Shown: positions 61,636 through 64,000 of the stretch, piece after piece
How the letters are laid out: each line of letters begins with the position of its first letter
How positions within the stretch are numbered: the first letter of the stretch is position 1
NCBI GenBank assembly: GCA_002411005.1
Contig: DHQC01000015.1
Location: 345-64,344 of the forward strand
DNA length: 64,000 nt
From: Bacillales bacterium UBA5348
GTDB taxonomy: Bacteria; Bacillota_I; Bacilli_A; RF39; UBA660
Direction: 5' to 3'
Translations under genes and position numbers: made by a program
The notes under the pieces: generated by a model
Database searches by the model: none
Told to the model about the DNA's origin: nothing
The model's input: only the letters and a program-made list of their open reading frames with translations

Positions 61636-62304
61636 CTAAAAATGGAAGCGTTTAACAAACTCATTTTTTGCTTTTCTATCTCCAAACATAAACATACCAA
61701 TAATCACAATAAACGATATAAAAGCTGTTATAATACTAGGCTTTTCTACGGTAACAATATTAGCCCATAAAAGTATTAATAATGTTAAACCAAATGACGC
61801 AATAATAAGCATATATATAAAATAAACTAAGAGATCTGTTTTATTGATACAAATAAATATTACTAAGGCCACAATGCCTGCTAAAATCAATATTGGAATA
61901 AGATAATTAATTGACCATCTAGAAAAGCCTAAAATTACATCTAATATAAATCCTATAATTGATAACATATAAACATTTATTAAAACAATTATCCCTATAT
62001 TTTTATAAGATTTAATAGCTGTTTTCAAAAGTAGGAAAGCATAGAATAAAATTACAATAGTATATGGTGCCCAAATAAAAGTAAAATCAAAAGCAACATT
62101 TAAAACAATATTAGCACCTATTACGACAATAAAAATAAAAAGTAAAATACGCATTATTCTTCTTGTTGTATCTTCCGAAATTGCCTTTTGAATAGGAAAA
62201 TCTACTTCGGCAACTTTATTTGTTTTTAAAGTCTTTTGTTCACACAAAGGACAATTAGATAAATCATTTTCAATAGTTACTTTACATCTATTACAATATT
62301 TCAT
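61636..62304 (-). CDS. DUF6320-like membrane protein with N-terminal Zn ribbon
   Basis: YCNRCKV....CPLC, multiple TMs, ends E..KRFHF. Confidence 0.8.
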   Translation of the reverse strand: MKYCNRCKVTIENDLSNCPLCEQKTLKTNKVAEVDFPIQKAISEDTTRRIMRILLFIFIVVIGANIVLNVAFDFTFIWAPYTIVILFYAFLLLKTAIKSYKNIGIIVLINVYMLSIIGFILDVILGFSRWSINYLIPILILAGIVALVIFICINKTDLLVYFIYMLIIASFGLTLLILLWANIVTVEKPSIITAFISFIVIIGMFMFGDRKAKNEFVKRFHF

Positions 62305-62305
62305 T

Positions 62306-63613
62306 TTAATTATCCCCTATCTCAAATTCGTTTATGCTTGCTGCTAGTTTAACATCTATTCCTTCATTCACTAAATAAGTAAAGAATCCTCTTTCTATCC
62401 CTGTATCTGTAATATTCTTAGAAAACGAAATAGATAATTTATCATCAAAAGAACATAATCCAATTTTCATTGGTAATTTAGAATCGGTATAAGCTATCAT
62501 ATCAACTTTATCAACATATTCTTTAACTTCATCATTAACACTAATAGCACCTAAATTAGATAGTGTCGTTGTAGAACCTCGTTCACTAACAATATCACTT
62601 ATTCCTCTTAATAATAAGTCCTTTAAAATAAGAGGAATAAAGCGTAAAATTATATTTTGTTGCAAGCCTACAAAATATTTAAATTTCTCTAGTAAAACAG
62701 ATTCGTTTAATTCGTTTTGCATTTTAGTAGAAACATTATTAAGTATTTCCTCAAAGCTAAATTCTTTCTTTGTCGGTTTAACGTTAACCATAATAGTTGA
62801 GAAGAAGTTGTTCATACTATACGAAGGAAAATATTTTCGTAAATTTACTGGTATGCATATTACAATAGGATCTTTGCTTCTTGTATATTTATAATTTTCA
62901 TTATATATAGAATAAATCAATACAGCTGTTAAGAAAGCAGTAATTGTTACATTCTTTTCTTTTGTAATTGTCTTAAGTTGTTTAATTGATATTGTTCCAA
63001 TTAAAACATTAGTATTATCCTTATTTGTCTTTATGCCACGTAATGCATACGATTTACCAGTACGCTCTTTAAAGATCTTTTTATCATTTGTTTTAATCCT
63101 AGAATATTTTAAAAAACTATCGGCACTCATTTCGTTTGAGGATAATAATTCGGGTTCTACAACAATATCTTTTTTTACTTTCTTAGGATGTTTAATTTTC
63201 ATATAATTAGTTACTAAAGTTTCTAAAAAATGGGAAGCTCCTGTACCGTCCGTAAGAATATGCGAGAAATCAATATTAATTCTTTTTTCAAAATATGTTA
63301 CTCTAAATAAAAAATAATTATTATCATAGTTATTTATCGCCATAAAAGGAAAGTTTTGATCCTCAGTAATAATTGGGATAGATTCGTTTCGTTCTAAATA
63401 ATACCAGAAAAAGCCCCTTCTTAATTTTACCTTAAAAGATGGTATTGCTAGAAGGGTATCACTAAGAGCACTTTCAAGAACATCTTTTTTAACTTTTTCT
63501 TTCAGTTTCACTGATAGACGATATATATTTGGGTTGTATGCTGTCGTAGTAGACGCATAATATGTTCCAACATTATCAAGTTTTTCCCAATAAAAATCAT
63601 AATATTTTTTCAC
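62306..63613 (-). CDS. alcohol acetyltransferase / condensation-like acyltransferase
   Basis: LDN, RRGFFWYYLE, HILTDG (HxxxDG), PVNLR and SNLG motifs. Confidence 0.85.
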   Translation of the reverse strand: MKKYYDFYWEKLDNVGTYYASTTTAYNPNIYRLSVKLKEKVKKDVLESALSDTLLAIPSFKVKLRRGFFWYYLERNESIPIITEDQNFPFMAINNYDNNYFLFRVTYFEKRINIDFSHILTDGTGASHFLETLVTNYMKIKHPKKVKKDIVVEPELLSSNEMSADSFLKYSRIKTNDKKIFKERTGKSYALRGIKTNKDNTNVLIGTISIKQLKTITKEKNVTITAFLTAVLIYSIYNENYKYTRSKDPIVICIPVNLRKYFPSYSMNNFFSTIMVNVKPTKKEFSFEEILNNVSTKMQNELNESVLLEKFKYFVGLQQNIILRFIPLILKDLLLRGISDIVSERGSTTTLSNLGAISVNDEVKEYVDKVDMIAYTDSKLPMKIGLCSFDDKLSISFSKNITDTGIERGFFTYLVNEGIDVKLAASINEFEIGDN

Positions 63614-63750
63614 ACATTCACTTCCTCTATGCTTGCCATTAATATTATCTTGCTTATAATTATTTTAATACAATTTAAAAATGTTATAACAATATAATTA
63701 TTATAACATTTTATGGTAATTTTTTACAAAAAGGTTTGTCTAAATTATTT

Positions 63751-64000
63751 TTATGGAGAATAATATGGTTCAACCCCACCAAATGCATTTGTACCAATTG
63801 ACACTGCACCCTCAACATTATTAATAGTAACAGATGTCAAAGTAGTATTATCAGCAAATGCATATGAACCAATACTTGTTACGCTATTTGGAATATAAAC
63901 TGAAATCAATTGATTATACTCAAAAGCTCTAGATCCAATAATTGTTGCATTTTCTGATATTGTTACTCCTGTTAGACCCGATTTATAAAATGATTCTCCA
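63751..64000 (-). CDS. 3' end of a BspA-type leucine-rich-repeat protein (partial)
   Basis: Frame reads LISVYIPNSVTSIGSYAFADNTTLTSVTI...IGTNAF, with stop at 63751. Confidence 0.85.
   Translation of the reverse strand, partial: GESFYKSGLTGVTISENATIIGSRAFEYNQLISVYIPNSVTSIGSYAFADNTTLTSVTINNVEGAVSIGTNAFGGVEPYYSP

Overview
Low-GC Bacilli chromosome segment using genetic code 11. The 16S sequence and gene content suggest an uncultured RF39-like lineage (inference, no search run). Housekeeping content: partial 16S rRNA with promoter, suf genes, polA, pheST with a Phe T-box, recG, recX and prsA. Sporulation content: Coat-F pair, dacF-like, yuzA, sspI and two YjcZ/SscA microproteins, several with sigma-E/G/K-like promoters. 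An intact ISL3 sits at 2800-4295. Main result: the sporulation lipoprotein gene ydcC (ssdC) is split by a 10,932-bp element (7461-18392). The element encodes a large serine recombinase, a MOBV relaxase with a separate oriT, an iteron-like origin and cargo genes. Its ends are 16-bp inverted arms next to a duplicated GT core. Removing it restores an in-frame 332-aa YdcC (..NTDGVYV/LTPSLNKSFKF..) behind a well-spaced sigma-E-like promoter. It is therefore a candidate skin-like, sporulation-excised element that is also mobilizable. Other leads: a ~107-nt structured sRNA candidate, a peptidase/ART-like fusion, a solitary JAB protein and a split suf operon. All family calls come from motif recognition, not database searches.
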